A stretch of DNA of 64,000 bases from Thermoprotei archaeon (GTDB taxonomy: Archaea > Thermoproteota > Thermoprotei > Thermoproteales > B15-G16). The DNA is taken from NCBI GenBank assembly GCA_003649205.1, contig QMRC01000004.1, positions 1 through 64,000 of the forward strand, read 5' to 3'. The notes beneath the pieces were generated by a model. That model searched no databases. It saw only the letters and a program-made list of their open reading frames with translations, and was not told the origin of the DNA. This document shows positions 39,624-49,893 of this stretch, piece after piece (position 1 is the first letter of the stretch; each line of letters starts with the position of its first letter). The position numbers and the translations under genes are program-made.

Positions 39624-40036
39624 GAATGAGTATGGATGTTAGGTTTTTCTCGAGTTTTCAGGAAGCTTTGGAATTCTTTGAGCGTGAGCGTGAGAGGTTA
39701 CGGTCTAGGCTTGAGGAGCTTAGGGTTGTTGTTAAGGAGTTTGAGGAGCTTCGTAGTAATCCAATCTATGAGGAGGTTGAGGAGCGTGTTCAGGAGTTTG
39801 AGAGTGTCTTTGGTAAGATTCGTATAGTGATTTCTGAGCCATTGTCGAAGTTATTGGAGAGGCTTCACTCTATCTTAAGTGATCTCGAGGTTGCTGTTAA
39901 GAATCTCGATGAGACGATCAGTACTCTCCGTAAGGCTCTCGATCAAGATCCATCCCTTAAGAATGTTAAGGGGACAGTGATTGTTGTTCTTGAGAATTAC
40001 CTAGCTAAGAGGGTTATTGTCGTGCTTGCTCCTTAG
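39620..40036 (+). CDS. Pilus-operon coiled-coil/beta-hairpin protein
   Basis: Helix-hairpin-helix-strands pattern; 4-nt overlap with the TadC gene. Confidence 0.7.
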   Translation: MRMSMDVRFFSSFQEALEFFERERERLRSRLEELRVVVKEFEELRSNPIYEEVEERVQEFESVFGKIRIVISEPLSKLLERLHSILSDLEVAVKNLDETISTLRKALDQDPSLKNVKGTVIVVLENYLAKRVIVVLAP

Positions 40037-41033
40037 GGGTGAGTGCATGCTGAGTACTCCGCTAGATGTCTCGTGGTTTATTAAGTTACTTGTCGTGTGC
40101 GTATCTGAGTACAGTCTGTACTTAACTCTCGCATCCTTAGTAGTGGGTGTAGTTCTTGTTGTTCTTGATAGGGTGTCTATTGGTGTTGCTATACCTACTT
40201 CACTTGTCGTGCTGGGAGCTACTCTACATCTACTGTATCCAGGTGATGTTCCTCTTAACTCACTTATCAACTATCTCTTTGCTCTTCTCTTGACGATTAC
40301 GGTGCTTGTTTGCTATGATCTCTTGAGGTTGATTATGGAATCTAGGTCTAGTGTCTCGGAAGAGGGTTCTAAGGAAGTACCTACGGAGAGACGTGGGTTT
40401 AAGGTACGTATTCTCGGTCGGAGAGTGAAGGAGGTTAAGCACGTAGTTCCTTCTGAGAAGCTTGATTCAGTGATTAAGGAGGTGTTACCTACTCTTAGGC
40501 CTCTAGCTTCGTCTCTTATACCTGTATCAACTTCATCGCTTGAGTCTTCAACTAGGAGCTTATCCGCTAGTGGGGATGTTAGGGGGAGATTGAGTAGGGT
40601 ATTGTCTCTTGTTAGGGGGAGGTGTATGTGTGTTATTCTTGGTCGTGGATTAGAGGATTTTGCTGAGAAGCTTCGTGAGTTTGAGACTTACCTCAAGTTC
40701 GAGATTTCACGTCTTAGGGCTAAGAGGTTGCAGGTAGAGAACTTGCTTAGGTTGGTGTCTCGTGGTGTTAAGGCTTCTCACGTGATCAAGAGGTTTAGTG
40801 TTGGTGGTTGTAGTTTTGAAGTTCTTGATTTCTACGATAAGTCTATTCTCGTACTTCTTGAGGATAAGGTACGTAGAGATGTCATCCTCCTTTCTCAGGT
40901 ACGTGAGATCCTCGATGAGCTTGAGAGGGGTTCGCTACAGAACATTATCTCTCGTGATGATTTGTTGATCCTACCAGTACTGTACTCATCGTGTGGTGAT
41001 GTACTTGTTCTACATAAGGTTTCCAGGAGGTGA
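40017..41033 (+). CDS. Pilus-operon membrane protein with C-terminal coiled-coil/hairpin domain
   Basis: About three N-terminal TMs, Ser-rich linker, C-terminal domain resembling 39620..40036. Confidence 0.65.
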   Translation: MSCLLLRGECMLSTPLDVSWFIKLLVVCVSEYSLYLTLASLVVGVVLVVLDRVSIGVAIPTSLVVLGATLHLLYPGDVPLNSLINYLFALLLTITVLVCYDLLRLIMESRSSVSEEGSKEVPTERRGFKVRILGRRVKEVKHVVPSEKLDSVIKEVLPTLRPLASSLIPVSTSSLESSTRSLSASGDVRGRLSRVLSLVRGRCMCVILGRGLEDFAEKLREFETYLKFEISRLRAKRLQVENLLRLVSRGVKASHVIKRFSVGGCSFEVLDFYDKSILVLLEDKVRRDVILLSQVREILDELERGSLQNIISRDDLLILPVLYSSCGDVLVLHKVSRR

Positions 41034-41039
41034 TTATGG

Positions 41040-42623
41040 GTGAGGTTATTTAAGCTACGTCGTGGTGAGAAGGCGGTTCAGGAGCAAGTTTCAGAATCGG
41101 AGACTACGTACATTACGACGTACCCCGGTATTAGGATAATCCCATTTACTGAGGAGTACAGGGTTATTGAGAGGTATCCACTGATTGAGCCATTTGCGTA
41201 TGCTGTTATTGGTGAACACCTTGAGACAGGTAACTACCTGTACTTCGTTGATGAACCATCGCTCACAGGTAGAGCGTATAGAGTCTACAAGACGCTTCTA
41301 GACTACCTACTCATTGAGGTACCTGAGATCAAGGTGGAGGCTGTTAGTAGCTATAGGGAATTACTTGAGGAGATGTATGTCCATGTAGAGAACATAATTC
41401 GTAAGTACAAGCTAGTTATTGGTGAGTTATCTGACTGGGAGTGGGCTACGGTACTGTACTACATAATTCGCGACTTAATTGGTTACGGACCTATTGAGCC
41501 GGTTATGAGGGATGACAATATTGAGGATGTATCATGTGATGGTGTTGGTAAGCCAATATATGTATGGCATAGGAAGTACGAGTCACTACCTACGAACATA
41601 GTGTTTGAGAGTGAGGAAGCTCTAGACGAGTTCGTCACGAAGTTAGTCCATAAGAGTGGTAGGTCGGTATCGGTAGCTACACCAATTGTTGATGCTCAGT
41701 TACCGGATGGTTCACGACTCTGTGTTACGTATAAGAGGGAAGTATCTGTGGAAGGTTCTACCTTCACGATACGTAAGTTCAGGAGGAAGCCCTTTACATT
41801 TGTTGAGTTGATTCAGTATGGTTCAATCTCGCCAGAGATCGCTGCTTACTTCTGGCTCTTGCTGGAGCATAAGAGGTCTTTCTTAGTGATTGGTGTTACA
41901 GGTTCAGGTAAGACGACTCTACTAAATGCTCTAGCAACCTTCATACCACCCTACATGAAGATCATAACTGTTGAGGAGGTTCCTGAGATTAATTTACCTC
42001 ATGAGCACTGGGTTAGGTTGGTATCTAGATCTGCATTTGCTGCATCGGGTGAGAAGGTTGCTGAGATCACACTCTTTGACCTCGTTAAGGCTACATTACG
42101 AATGAGACCTGACTACATTATCGTAGGTGAGATTCGTGGTGAAGAAGCGTTCGTACTATTTCAAGCAACATCGACAGGACATGGAGGTATAAGCACGATG
42201 CACGCAGAGGACTTTCACAGTGCTGTTCGTAGGTTAGAGTCACCGCCAATGAACATACCACCACACTACATACCGACAATGAACGTCATGCTACATATAA
42301 AGAGAATTAAGCTAGGTGATAGAACAGTTAGGAGAGTTGTCGAGGTTGCTGAGGTCATTAGCGATAGAGAGTTCAACACCGTCTTCAAGTGGAACCCAAG
42401 AACTGATGAACATACGTCATTCATAGAGAAATCAAAATTACTGAGAGACATATGTGAGGAGACCGGATACGATTTCACTGAGTTACTGACTGAGGTATAC
42501 ACACGTAAAAGAATCATCGATTGGATGGTGAGGAATAACATATCTGACTTCAGTGATGTAGCTAAGGTCGTAACTCAGTTCTACCGTAGGAGAGAGAAAG
42601 TGCTTAAGTTGGTGAAGCTATGA
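41040..42623 (+). CDS. T4P assembly ATPase (FlaI/TadA/VirB11 family)
   Basis: GYGPIEPVM, TIRKF, GVTGSGKTT, TVEEVPE, RMRPDYIIVGEIRG, TGHGGISTMHA. Confidence 0.95.
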   Translation: MRLFKLRRGEKAVQEQVSESETTYITTYPGIRIIPFTEEYRVIERYPLIEPFAYAVIGEHLETGNYLYFVDEPSLTGRAYRVYKTLLDYLLIEVPEIKVEAVSSYRELLEEMYVHVENIIRKYKLVIGELSDWEWATVLYYIIRDLIGYGPIEPVMRDDNIEDVSCDGVGKPIYVWHRKYESLPTNIVFESEEALDEFVTKLVHKSGRSVSVATPIVDAQLPDGSRLCVTYKREVSVEGSTFTIRKFRRKPFTFVELIQYGSISPEIAAYFWLLLEHKRSFLVIGVTGSGKTTLLNALATFIPPYMKIITVEEVPEINLPHEHWVRLVSRSAFAASGEKVAEITLFDLVKATLRMRPDYIIVGEIRGEEAFVLFQATSTGHGGISTMHAEDFHSAVRRLESPPMNIPPHYIPTMNVMLHIKRIKLGDRTVRRVVEVAEVISDREFNTVFKWNPRTDEHTSFIEKSKLLRDICEETGYDFTELLTEVYTRKRIIDWMVRNNISDFSDVAKVVTQFYRRREKVLKLVKL

Positions 42624-43375
42624 AGTTGGTACTGAGAAGCGATAGCGTTGAAGTATTTCGTAGATCTCATCTTAAGCAACTCTATGTGGAAGCTTACTTC
42701 CTGAGAAAGGTAGTTATGAGTAAGTTACCTGAACTCAGTAGTGAAGGTTATAGGAGAATGGATGTGAATGGGTGTATATTCGAAGTAAATCCATCAAGTG
42801 AAGTAGTGCTTAAGCTCTTGAAGAGTAGGCTCGAGAAGATTACTAGATTCACATCGCTGTTCACTAGAGCACTTGACATTATTGAGAAGGAGTTGGGTAG
42901 TGCTCGATCTAGTTCCTACGTATTGTTTCTACGTGATGACTTACTGGAGATACTGCTCTACGTTCTGACTCAAATACCTAATGTAATACCGTGTGATCTA
43001 CAGCCAAATGATGTTGAGGCTTTGAAAGTTCTCTACGATACTTCTCCAGAGGCGTGTGAGAGTGAAGATGCTATTAAACCCATTACTGAGCACATCAAGG
43101 GAGCTGCGGTTGGGGTAGAGAGGAGGGGTGTGGAACCTACTCACTACCGTGAAGTACGTGACGTAGATAGGAGTGAGGTAATGAGGTTGGTGGTTTACCT
43201 TGCTTGCAAGAGGTCCACTACTTTGAGTGAGTTACGGAGTAAATTTGATCAATCCCTAATCGATGAGGTACTAGCTATTGGTAGGTCTCTTGGAGTTCTC
43301 GAGGTTGAGGGTGAGAAAATTCGTGTTCGTGATGTGAATGAGCTAAAGAAGCTGATAAAACATCTGCTGAGGTAG
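42620..43375 (+). CDS. Pilus-operon protein: coiled-coil/hairpin domain plus C-terminal wHTH-like region
   Basis: VNGCIFEV hairpin; C-terminal TLSELRSKF...LGVLEVEGEKIRV. Confidence 0.65.
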   Translation: MKLVLRSDSVEVFRRSHLKQLYVEAYFLRKVVMSKLPELSSEGYRRMDVNGCIFEVNPSSEVVLKLLKSRLEKITRFTSLFTRALDIIEKELGSARSSSYVLFLRDDLLEILLYVLTQIPNVIPCDLQPNDVEALKVLYDTSPEACESEDAIKPITEHIKGAAVGVERRGVEPTHYREVRDVDRSEVMRLVVYLACKRSTTLSELRSKFDQSLIDEVLAIGRSLGVLEVEGEKIRVRDVNELKKLIKHLLR

Positions 43376-43380
43376 GGGTA

Positions 43381-43974
43381 ATGGTGTCTAGACGCAGGGG
43401 TCAGTTATCGATTGAGGCTATACTGATTACACTAGCTGTGTTAGTAGCTGCGTCTGTAGGTGCGTATGTGTATCTTAGGTACGTATCGAGGGGATTATCG
43501 GAGATAAACTTTCAAGCAATTAAGTTTAGTATTCAGATGCACTACAGCTGTAAGTACGTTGCTCTCTCTCCAAAGTACTTAGCAGTTAAGCTAATACTAA
43601 ACAAGGTACCGACAACACCTAGTATTCAGGCTTTCGTATTTACGATCTATGTAGTGGATTTGGAAACAGACTCAATACTCTACATAATTGACCTAAATTC
43701 AACAAGCATAGTGGGTCCGTGTAAGCTCTATACCATTGAGGAAGACTTCACAATACACTTCCTAAACGGTACAACTAGGTCGAGACACATGAAGGTTTAT
43801 GTGCTTGTTCCCCAGATGTCACCTGAAACAATAGATATTGTTCTAGATCTTGAGGCCTTGAAACCTATTCTTACTTCAGCTAGTAATCCTGCTATAGTTA
43901 CTTCGTTTTGGGTTGTGAGGGGTGGTGATCTATATGAGGTGGGTAGGTATGAGTACCCGGTTAAGGTCGTGTAG
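43381..43974 (+). CDS. Minor type IV pilin
   Basis: RRRG|QLSIEAILITLAVLVAA class III signal peptide with Q+1 and E+5. Confidence 0.85.
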   Translation: MVSRRRGQLSIEAILITLAVLVAASVGAYVYLRYVSRGLSEINFQAIKFSIQMHYSCKYVALSPKYLAVKLILNKVPTTPSIQAFVFTIYVVDLETDSILYIIDLNSTSIVGPCKLYTIEEDFTIHFLNGTTRSRHMKVYVLVPQMSPETIDIVLDLEALKPILTSASNPAIVTSFWVVRGGDLYEVGRYEYPVKVV

Positions 43975-45712
43975 TAGGGTTAAGAGGTATGGGCAAGCTG
44001 TAACGGCACTAATACTTATGATAGCTTTCATCGTGTCTATAGTGGCTTTGACAACCTACATGCTAACGTACATGAGGACTATACAGGGAGCTATTGAGGC
44101 TAGAGGTCAGGAGCAAATACTTGAGCAACAGGAAAAGCTAATTGTGAATGTGACTGCTGATGGTGTTATGGAGTTGTACACAAATTCAACACCTATACAC
44201 CTAGTCAGGATCTGGATTAAGAACAAGGATACAGGTGAAGTTAAGTCCTACACCTTAACTGTCGATAGCGACTTAACAGCTCTCTTCGACGAGGTGCTAG
44301 ATGAAGTAACGGTTAAGGCTGGAAGCGCATCCATAACCATAACATCAGGTAGCTGTGAAGAACTTAAGAAGTATGCACTACTCACGTTAGGTATCGTACT
44401 CGAGTTACACTTCAAGACGGATCTAGTGGGTAAGGTACAGGTAGCTTTTGAATCCTATAGAAAGTTCTATGGTTGGTACGATCTAGAGTACAGACCACTG
44501 ACTGGAGAGTACATGTTAACTACAACACCTGGTCTCGCAGGTAGTATACTTAGCATAACATTTAGCGACATAGTAGTACCCAAAGATCTGGACAAGTACT
44601 TTGAGATGTTAGATGAGAATGACGATCCAGAAGGTGGTCGGAAAGCATTTGAGGAGAGCGGTATTGAGGGTTGTGAGGGTTATGTTCTGGAGCAACAAGC
44701 ACTACTAGATGACCCTGGTACTGGAAAGTACTATCAAATTGAGGTCTACAGAGAGCATCAATATGCAGTTCCCTACTCAGTGCTAGCTATAGGTAATGAC
44801 TTGAGGTATGGTGGAAAGGTGATTGTGTTAGGTATTGGAACTGGACCATCCTCGTCCGGCCCAGCGCATATAACCAATGTTAAGGTATATGTAGTAGCAC
44901 CAGATGGAGCGCAGTACCTTTACACGCTTGAAACTGGTGAGAAGATCGTAATTCGTGGATTTAGAGGCACAATCAAGGTATTTCCATCAATGAATTACGA
45001 AGTTGATAAAGAGGGTAAGAACATAACGGCAGTATGCGCAATGTTCTTTTACAAATACTACAGAGATGAGAGCACTACCTATGACGAAGCGGCAATATGC
45101 ATCACAGGTAGAGCTAAGGTAATCGAGGTGTACAAGCATGTGTACAAGGAGTACACAGGTTATAGAAACTACATGTTTGTAGGTGACTTCGACGGTAATG
45201 GTCTCAATGAGATAGTCTTCAATACAATACATATCTGGTATGGTGGGAAGAGCACAAAGGGTAATGATTGGGATGCAAACATTCACAGAGACGAGAAGTC
45301 CGTAACTGAGTTGAAGTTGGTGCTGAAGGACTATGGCGGTAAACCGTACATTACAGGCGCTAAGTTCATTACCGTGTACATAAAGTTCTACTTCCTCGAT
45401 AATGCAGGTGATGACTGGGATGAGCTAGATGCTAATGAGTGGATATTCTTCGTAGCACTCTACGAGGTGACGTCTGATGGGAAGTACGTTGAGTACATGA
45501 GGAAGGAGTGGAAGTATCAGCAACTAATGACACTTGAAGATACTTACCCACCAAGTATGTCATCGATAACCGAATCAGCATCATTCCCATGCGATCCAAA
45601 TAAGAAGTATGTCGTTGTTGTAGGTATTCAAGATCCATATGGTAATGATAGTTTAGGTGATGCTGACATAGTCATAGGTATAGAGTACCTAGGTATAACG
45701 TACTACGTCTAG
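43949..45712 (+). CDS. Large minor pilin / adhesin
   Basis: KRYG|QAVTALILMIAF signal; acidic beta-rich body with GDFDGNGLNEI Ca-binding-type motif. Confidence 0.75.
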   Translation: MSTRLRSCSRVKRYGQAVTALILMIAFIVSIVALTTYMLTYMRTIQGAIEARGQEQILEQQEKLIVNVTADGVMELYTNSTPIHLVRIWIKNKDTGEVKSYTLTVDSDLTALFDEVLDEVTVKAGSASITITSGSCEELKKYALLTLGIVLELHFKTDLVGKVQVAFESYRKFYGWYDLEYRPLTGEYMLTTTPGLAGSILSITFSDIVVPKDLDKYFEMLDENDDPEGGRKAFEESGIEGCEGYVLEQQALLDDPGTGKYYQIEVYREHQYAVPYSVLAIGNDLRYGGKVIVLGIGTGPSSSGPAHITNVKVYVVAPDGAQYLYTLETGEKIVIRGFRGTIKVFPSMNYEVDKEGKNITAVCAMFFYKYYRDESTTYDEAAICITGRAKVIEVYKHVYKEYTGYRNYMFVGDFDGNGLNEIVFNTIHIWYGGKSTKGNDWDANIHRDEKSVTELKLVLKDYGGKPYITGAKFITVYIKFYFLDNAGDDWDELDANEWIFFVALYEVTSDGKYVEYMRKEWKYQQLMTLEDTYPPSMSSITESASFPCDPNKKYVVVVGIQDPYGNDSLGDADIVIGIEYLGITYYV

Positions 45713-45724
45713 AGCAGCATCTCG

Positions 45725-47410
45725 GTGATGTGGATGAGAGGGGTTGATAGCTCGAGAATAGCTAAATTGCTACTCATACTACTTCTACTCACGTTAACAA
45801 CATCGTTAACACCGGTACTACCACAGGAACGTAAGGAAGTAGCAAAACCTGAGAGTGAATGGAGTTGGAGGTCTGTAATCTACAACATAAACGGTACGTA
45901 TGTGGAGATCAGCCTAAAACTACCATATTACCTACACTACGGCTGTACTTACAAAGTACCTGTAAGGTTGAGAATACTTAAGATTCCTAAGCACGTAGCT
46001 GAGGTAAAGATACTAGGTATTGTACTCTGGATAAGTGAGCTAAGAATCGAGTATCCACTAAAGGAGCCAATAACAGCTAGTGAAGCTGGTAGTGAATACG
46101 AGTTCACAATAGACCTACCCATAATGTACCTAGTACTGAGTTACCCACCTGGAACAGTAGTCTTCGAGAAACTCTACGTAGTACCTCTCTTCGAGCTCAA
46201 GCTAGAGGAAGGTACGGAGGTTACTGAGCAAGAGATATCCGTTGAGCCGAAGTACATAAACATTGCGATAGCTACCCTACCAGCGAACCTAGTTGTTAAT
46301 GCATCAACGAAATTTATCTACTTAAGTGAGGAGAGGAAGTACTACTGCTACGTAACCCTAAACATATCGAATGTCAATGCTAGAGAACGCTTCGATAATG
46401 TCAGGGTAGTTGTAAATGAGAAAGAAGGTAAGTACAAGCTAGATATAGCAGCTAGAGAGCTAGTACTTGGGTCACTAGACGTGAATGAAAGTAAGTCAAT
46501 AGCGTTTCTCATAAACCTAACATTGGTACCAAGTGATTACCTAGGGAAGGAGATCTACATAACGATAGATGTACAGGCAAGACACATGAGTGGTTACGTA
46601 ATGCACTACTACTTCGACTTACCTATCAAGATAAAGAAGAGACGTGAAGTAAGTGTTGCGCTACCTGCAACGAATCTCGTGCTAGGTATGCCGTATAGTG
46701 TAACGATATCGACAACACCACTAGAGAAAGGTGAGAGAGTACAGCTACAGATTAGGGAGAATGGTAAGGTAGTAGCATCGTACACCATCACGTCAACTAC
46801 ACAGGCAATTACCTACATCCCTAGAACTACAGGTGAAGTTAGACTAGACTTCGTACTATCTGAAACACCTGAGTACGCGAGTGCCCTGTGGACGACAAAG
46901 ATCTACGTAGCTGAGATACCACCTAAGGTAACTACGTACGTAGCGGTAAGCGATAACACTGTAACAGTACATGGATCAGCAACGCCGTACTACGGTGGTG
47001 GTTTCAGCGTGAAAGTAGTAGACAGCAGGACAGGTACAGTAGTCTACAGCAAGTTCATACCAGATACAGAGGTCCGTAAGGTAACTAAGACCATTGAGTT
47101 CGCTGAGAAGAAGTTCCTCTGCACCTCTGGATCATTTACACATACATTCACACTCAATAGAGGTACCTACATACTGGAGGTAACTCATAGAGGCGTTACA
47201 GCTAGATACACATTCACCGTAGTGAAAGCACGTGGACTACTACCGTTCAAGATACCAATTATTAGCGAACTAGGACCAGAGTATGAGCTACTGTTCCTAC
47301 TAGTAATTGCCATTACAGTAATACTGCTGATCTACGTACTAGTGGTGCTAAGAGCTAAAAAGAGAGGGAGACCTGGTACAGAGGCTGGGTATGGCGTAGC
47401 TACGCTCTAG
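45725..47410 (+). CDS. Secreted, C-terminally anchored Ig-like surface protein
   Basis: Signal peptide, beta-rich domains, C-terminal TM followed by RAKKRGR. Confidence 0.75.
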   Translation: MMWMRGVDSSRIAKLLLILLLLTLTTSLTPVLPQERKEVAKPESEWSWRSVIYNINGTYVEISLKLPYYLHYGCTYKVPVRLRILKIPKHVAEVKILGIVLWISELRIEYPLKEPITASEAGSEYEFTIDLPIMYLVLSYPPGTVVFEKLYVVPLFELKLEEGTEVTEQEISVEPKYINIAIATLPANLVVNASTKFIYLSEERKYYCYVTLNISNVNARERFDNVRVVVNEKEGKYKLDIAARELVLGSLDVNESKSIAFLINLTLVPSDYLGKEIYITIDVQARHMSGYVMHYYFDLPIKIKKRREVSVALPATNLVLGMPYSVTISTTPLEKGERVQLQIRENGKVVASYTITSTTQAITYIPRTTGEVRLDFVLSETPEYASALWTTKIYVAEIPPKVTTYVAVSDNTVTVHGSATPYYGGGFSVKVVDSRTGTVVYSKFIPDTEVRKVTKTIEFAEKKFLCTSGSFTHTFTLNRGTYILEVTHRGVTARYTFTVVKARGLLPFKIPIISELGPEYELLFLLVIAITVILLIYVLVVLRAKKRGRPGTEAGYGVATL

Positions 47411-47417
47411 TATACAC

Positions 47418-48830
47418 CTACTCAATGAAGGGTTCTAATTTCGCTGGTACATACTTTATCAATGGTATTAGATCTCTTGGTATTGGCTTGTAACCCCATA
47501 GATCTAGTGCTTCCTTGAGTTCAGGTACCTGCTTAGCGTACTCCCTCAAGTCTATACCCTTTAGTATAGCCTCTAGTGCTGCTCTAGCGGCTACTGCACC
47601 TGCTCTCGTACCTCTTGGATGACCGTGAATTCCACCACCCATATTACACACTACGTCAGGTCCTAGCAGTAGTACGTTCCAGTGCAGATTACCTGGGTGT
47701 ATCCCACCTGATGCTACTGGCATGGTGCTCTTCAGGTGTAACCAAGGCTTTGTTAATGATAGGTTTATTCTCTGGATCTCGGTTATGACACCGTGCATCT
47801 TACCTGCTGCAGTGCCTGTATGTAGTTGGTCACCACCTGCTAACCTAACTAACTTAGCTATTACCATCATTGTTATTCCATGTTTTGGATTTCTCGTAAA
47901 TGCTGCGTGCCCTGCTCTATGACAGTGTATTACTACCTTTCCTCTAACTGATGGGTCTTCAGCTACCATTCTGAGCGTGTCTAGTCCAGCCCATATGAAG
48001 TCAATCATTATGCAGTTAGCTCCGTGCTGAATTGCCCTATCAGCTAGCTCAAGTATCTTGTCAGGTCTAGCTGTTACATTTATTGCATAGAGTACTCTCC
48101 TTCCTGTTTCCGACTTCACTCTATCAAGTGCCTCAGCTGCTAATGAAGCTCTCTCCTCAATTCTACTGTATGGTGGATTTACAAGTAGCTCATCGTCCTT
48201 CACGAAGTCAACTCCACCAATAGCTGCATTGTACACCACATCTATATGTTCCTTAGCTGGTAAGCCGTAGTCAGGTTTCACGATGGTACCTAAGTGTGGT
48301 CTCCTGCTCTTCTCAGTACCTACGAACTTCCTAACACCTTCAACACCAAATGCCGGTCCCTTGAACGACTTGACAAATTCCTTAGGTAAGTACACATCGA
48401 GTAGCCTTACGTTTGCTAGATCACCTATGCCGAAGAGATTTCCAGCTATGTGGACCATTAGCTGTGTTAGACCGAGGGTGTCTGGATCAAACGTATCTAC
48501 AGGCCAAGCTATGTCAACAATCCCTGCATTGAGGTCAGGTATCTTGAGTACGGTTATTACTTTAGCTGCGTACTTCTTTCTGACTTCAGGGGTTTCCTTC
48601 TCAACAGGTGTCCAAGTGCCTGTACTCTGCTCAGCCGCTATGTGCTCAGCTGCTAGGTCGAGAGCTATACCCTCTTTCGGCTCTACGTAGTACCTAGCAA
48701 TTACGTACTTATCTGGATCAACGAGTATTGTGCTTTCCCAAGTTTCTCTAAGTCTCATTTCATCGGTAAAGTACATCCACATTGCATGTTGGTCAAAGTG
48801 CTCGATTACTCCCTTCTTAGTGATGGTCAT
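47418..48830 (-). CDS. rbcL: RuBisCO large subunit, form III-like
   Basis: AAEQSTGTW, AGNLFG, GGVDFVKDDE, HCHRA, LHTGT-x-x-GKM, ASGG, GGGIHGHP; operon with R15P isomerase. Confidence 0.9.
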   Translation of the reverse strand: MTITKKGVIEHFDQHAMWMYFTDEMRLRETWESTILVDPDKYVIARYYVEPKEGIALDLAAEHIAAEQSTGTWTPVEKETPEVRKKYAAKVITVLKIPDLNAGIVDIAWPVDTFDPDTLGLTQLMVHIAGNLFGIGDLANVRLLDVYLPKEFVKSFKGPAFGVEGVRKFVGTEKSRRPHLGTIVKPDYGLPAKEHIDVVYNAAIGGVDFVKDDELLVNPPYSRIEERASLAAEALDRVKSETGRRVLYAINVTARPDKILELADRAIQHGANCIMIDFIWAGLDTLRMVAEDPSVRGKVVIHCHRAGHAAFTRNPKHGITMMVIAKLVRLAGGDQLHTGTAAGKMHGVITEIQRINLSLTKPWLHLKSTMPVASGGIHPGNLHWNVLLLGPDVVCNMGGGIHGHPRGTRAGAVAARAALEAILKGIDLREYAKQVPELKEALDLWGYKPIPRDLIPLIKYVPAKLEPFIE

Positions 48831-48885
48831 ATGCTTGACCCTCAGTACCTAGTCTTACCTCTAAAAGACTCAAGAATTTTTCTCT

Positions 48886-49893
48886 CTATTCCCTATCGTC
48901 TTCTAGCTCCTTACTCAACTTCATTACCTTCTCCTGTATTGCCCAACCGTAGTGCTCTCTGAGAATTAGTATTGCTGCTTGTGGCGGTATTACTCCGTAC
49001 TCGGTGATTATTGCTGTTATGTATTCTGGTGGTGTGACGTCAAACGATGGATTTCTAACGGTAATCCTCGGGTTTCTCTTCAGGTAGTCTTCTGGTACTA
49101 CCTCTGTCGGGTCTCTCTCCTCGATGATAACTAGCTCACCTGTTACGGTTGCTGGGCTGAACTTATAGGTTTCTGCAGCTACGTAGAAGGGTACACCTGC
49201 TTCCTTAGCTGCTAGTGCTATCAGCGATGTACCTACCTTATTTATCACAGCTCCGTTAGCTGCTACAGTATCGGCACCTACAACAACTTTCGTTATCTTC
49301 TTCATGAAGTACCTAACAGCTGAGTCAGGTATCAGGTGAACTCTCAATCCAGCTTCTATCAACCACTGTGTTGTTATGTAGCCTTGAAACTTAGGTCTTG
49401 TCTCAGTTGCGTAGACTCCAATTCTCTTACCCTCTCTATGAGCTTGAACTATGACTGCAACAGCTGCTGCGGAGTTGCAATGTGTAAGCACTACATCACC
49501 ATCCTCAATCAACTTAGCACCTATCTCACCTATCTTCTTTGTTGCCTCTTCACTATACTTAATGAACTCGGTTGCTGCCTTGATAACCACATCAATTAGC
49601 TCGCTCGTGGATTTACCCTGTTCATATGCTGTCTTGAGTCTATACATGACGTAGGCTATTGCGTTTGGTAGTGAGACAGCTGTTGGTCTAGTACTGAGCA
49701 GTATGTTGCTGCAGTACTCCATGTACTTCATGAGCTCGTTCCTGTCACTGATACTGCACTTCTCAGCTGCGATCATGAGTGCTCTCGCAGCTGCTCTAGC
49801 AATTCTACCTGCACCACGTACTCTCATCGACCTTATGTCATCCGCTATCTTTAGAACCTCACTCGGTACCTCAAACCTTCTCTCAACACCCAT
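48886..49893 (-). CDS. Ribose-1,5-bisphosphate isomerase (eIF2B family)
   Basis: MRVRGAG, RPTAVSL, catalytic THCNS and GADTV, NKVGT; adjacent to RuBisCO. Confidence 0.92.
   Translation of the reverse strand: MGVERRFEVPSEVLKIADDIRSMRVRGAGRIARAAARALMIAAEKCSISDRNELMKYMEYCSNILLSTRPTAVSLPNAIAYVMYRLKTAYEQGKSTSELIDVVIKAATEFIKYSEEATKKIGEIGAKLIEDGDVVLTHCNSAAAVAVIVQAHREGKRIGVYATETRPKFQGYITTQWLIEAGLRVHLIPDSAVRYFMKKITKVVVGADTVAANGAVINKVGTSLIALAAKEAGVPFYVAAETYKFSPATVTGELVIIEERDPTEVVPEDYLKRNPRITVRNPSFDVTPPEYITAIITEYGVIPPQAAILILREHYGWAIQEKVMKLSKELEDDRE

Noticed and set aside
37276-47410. Archaellum operon
   Set aside because: No archaellin, FlaH, FlaF or FlaG recognisable; gene set fits an adhesive T4P locus
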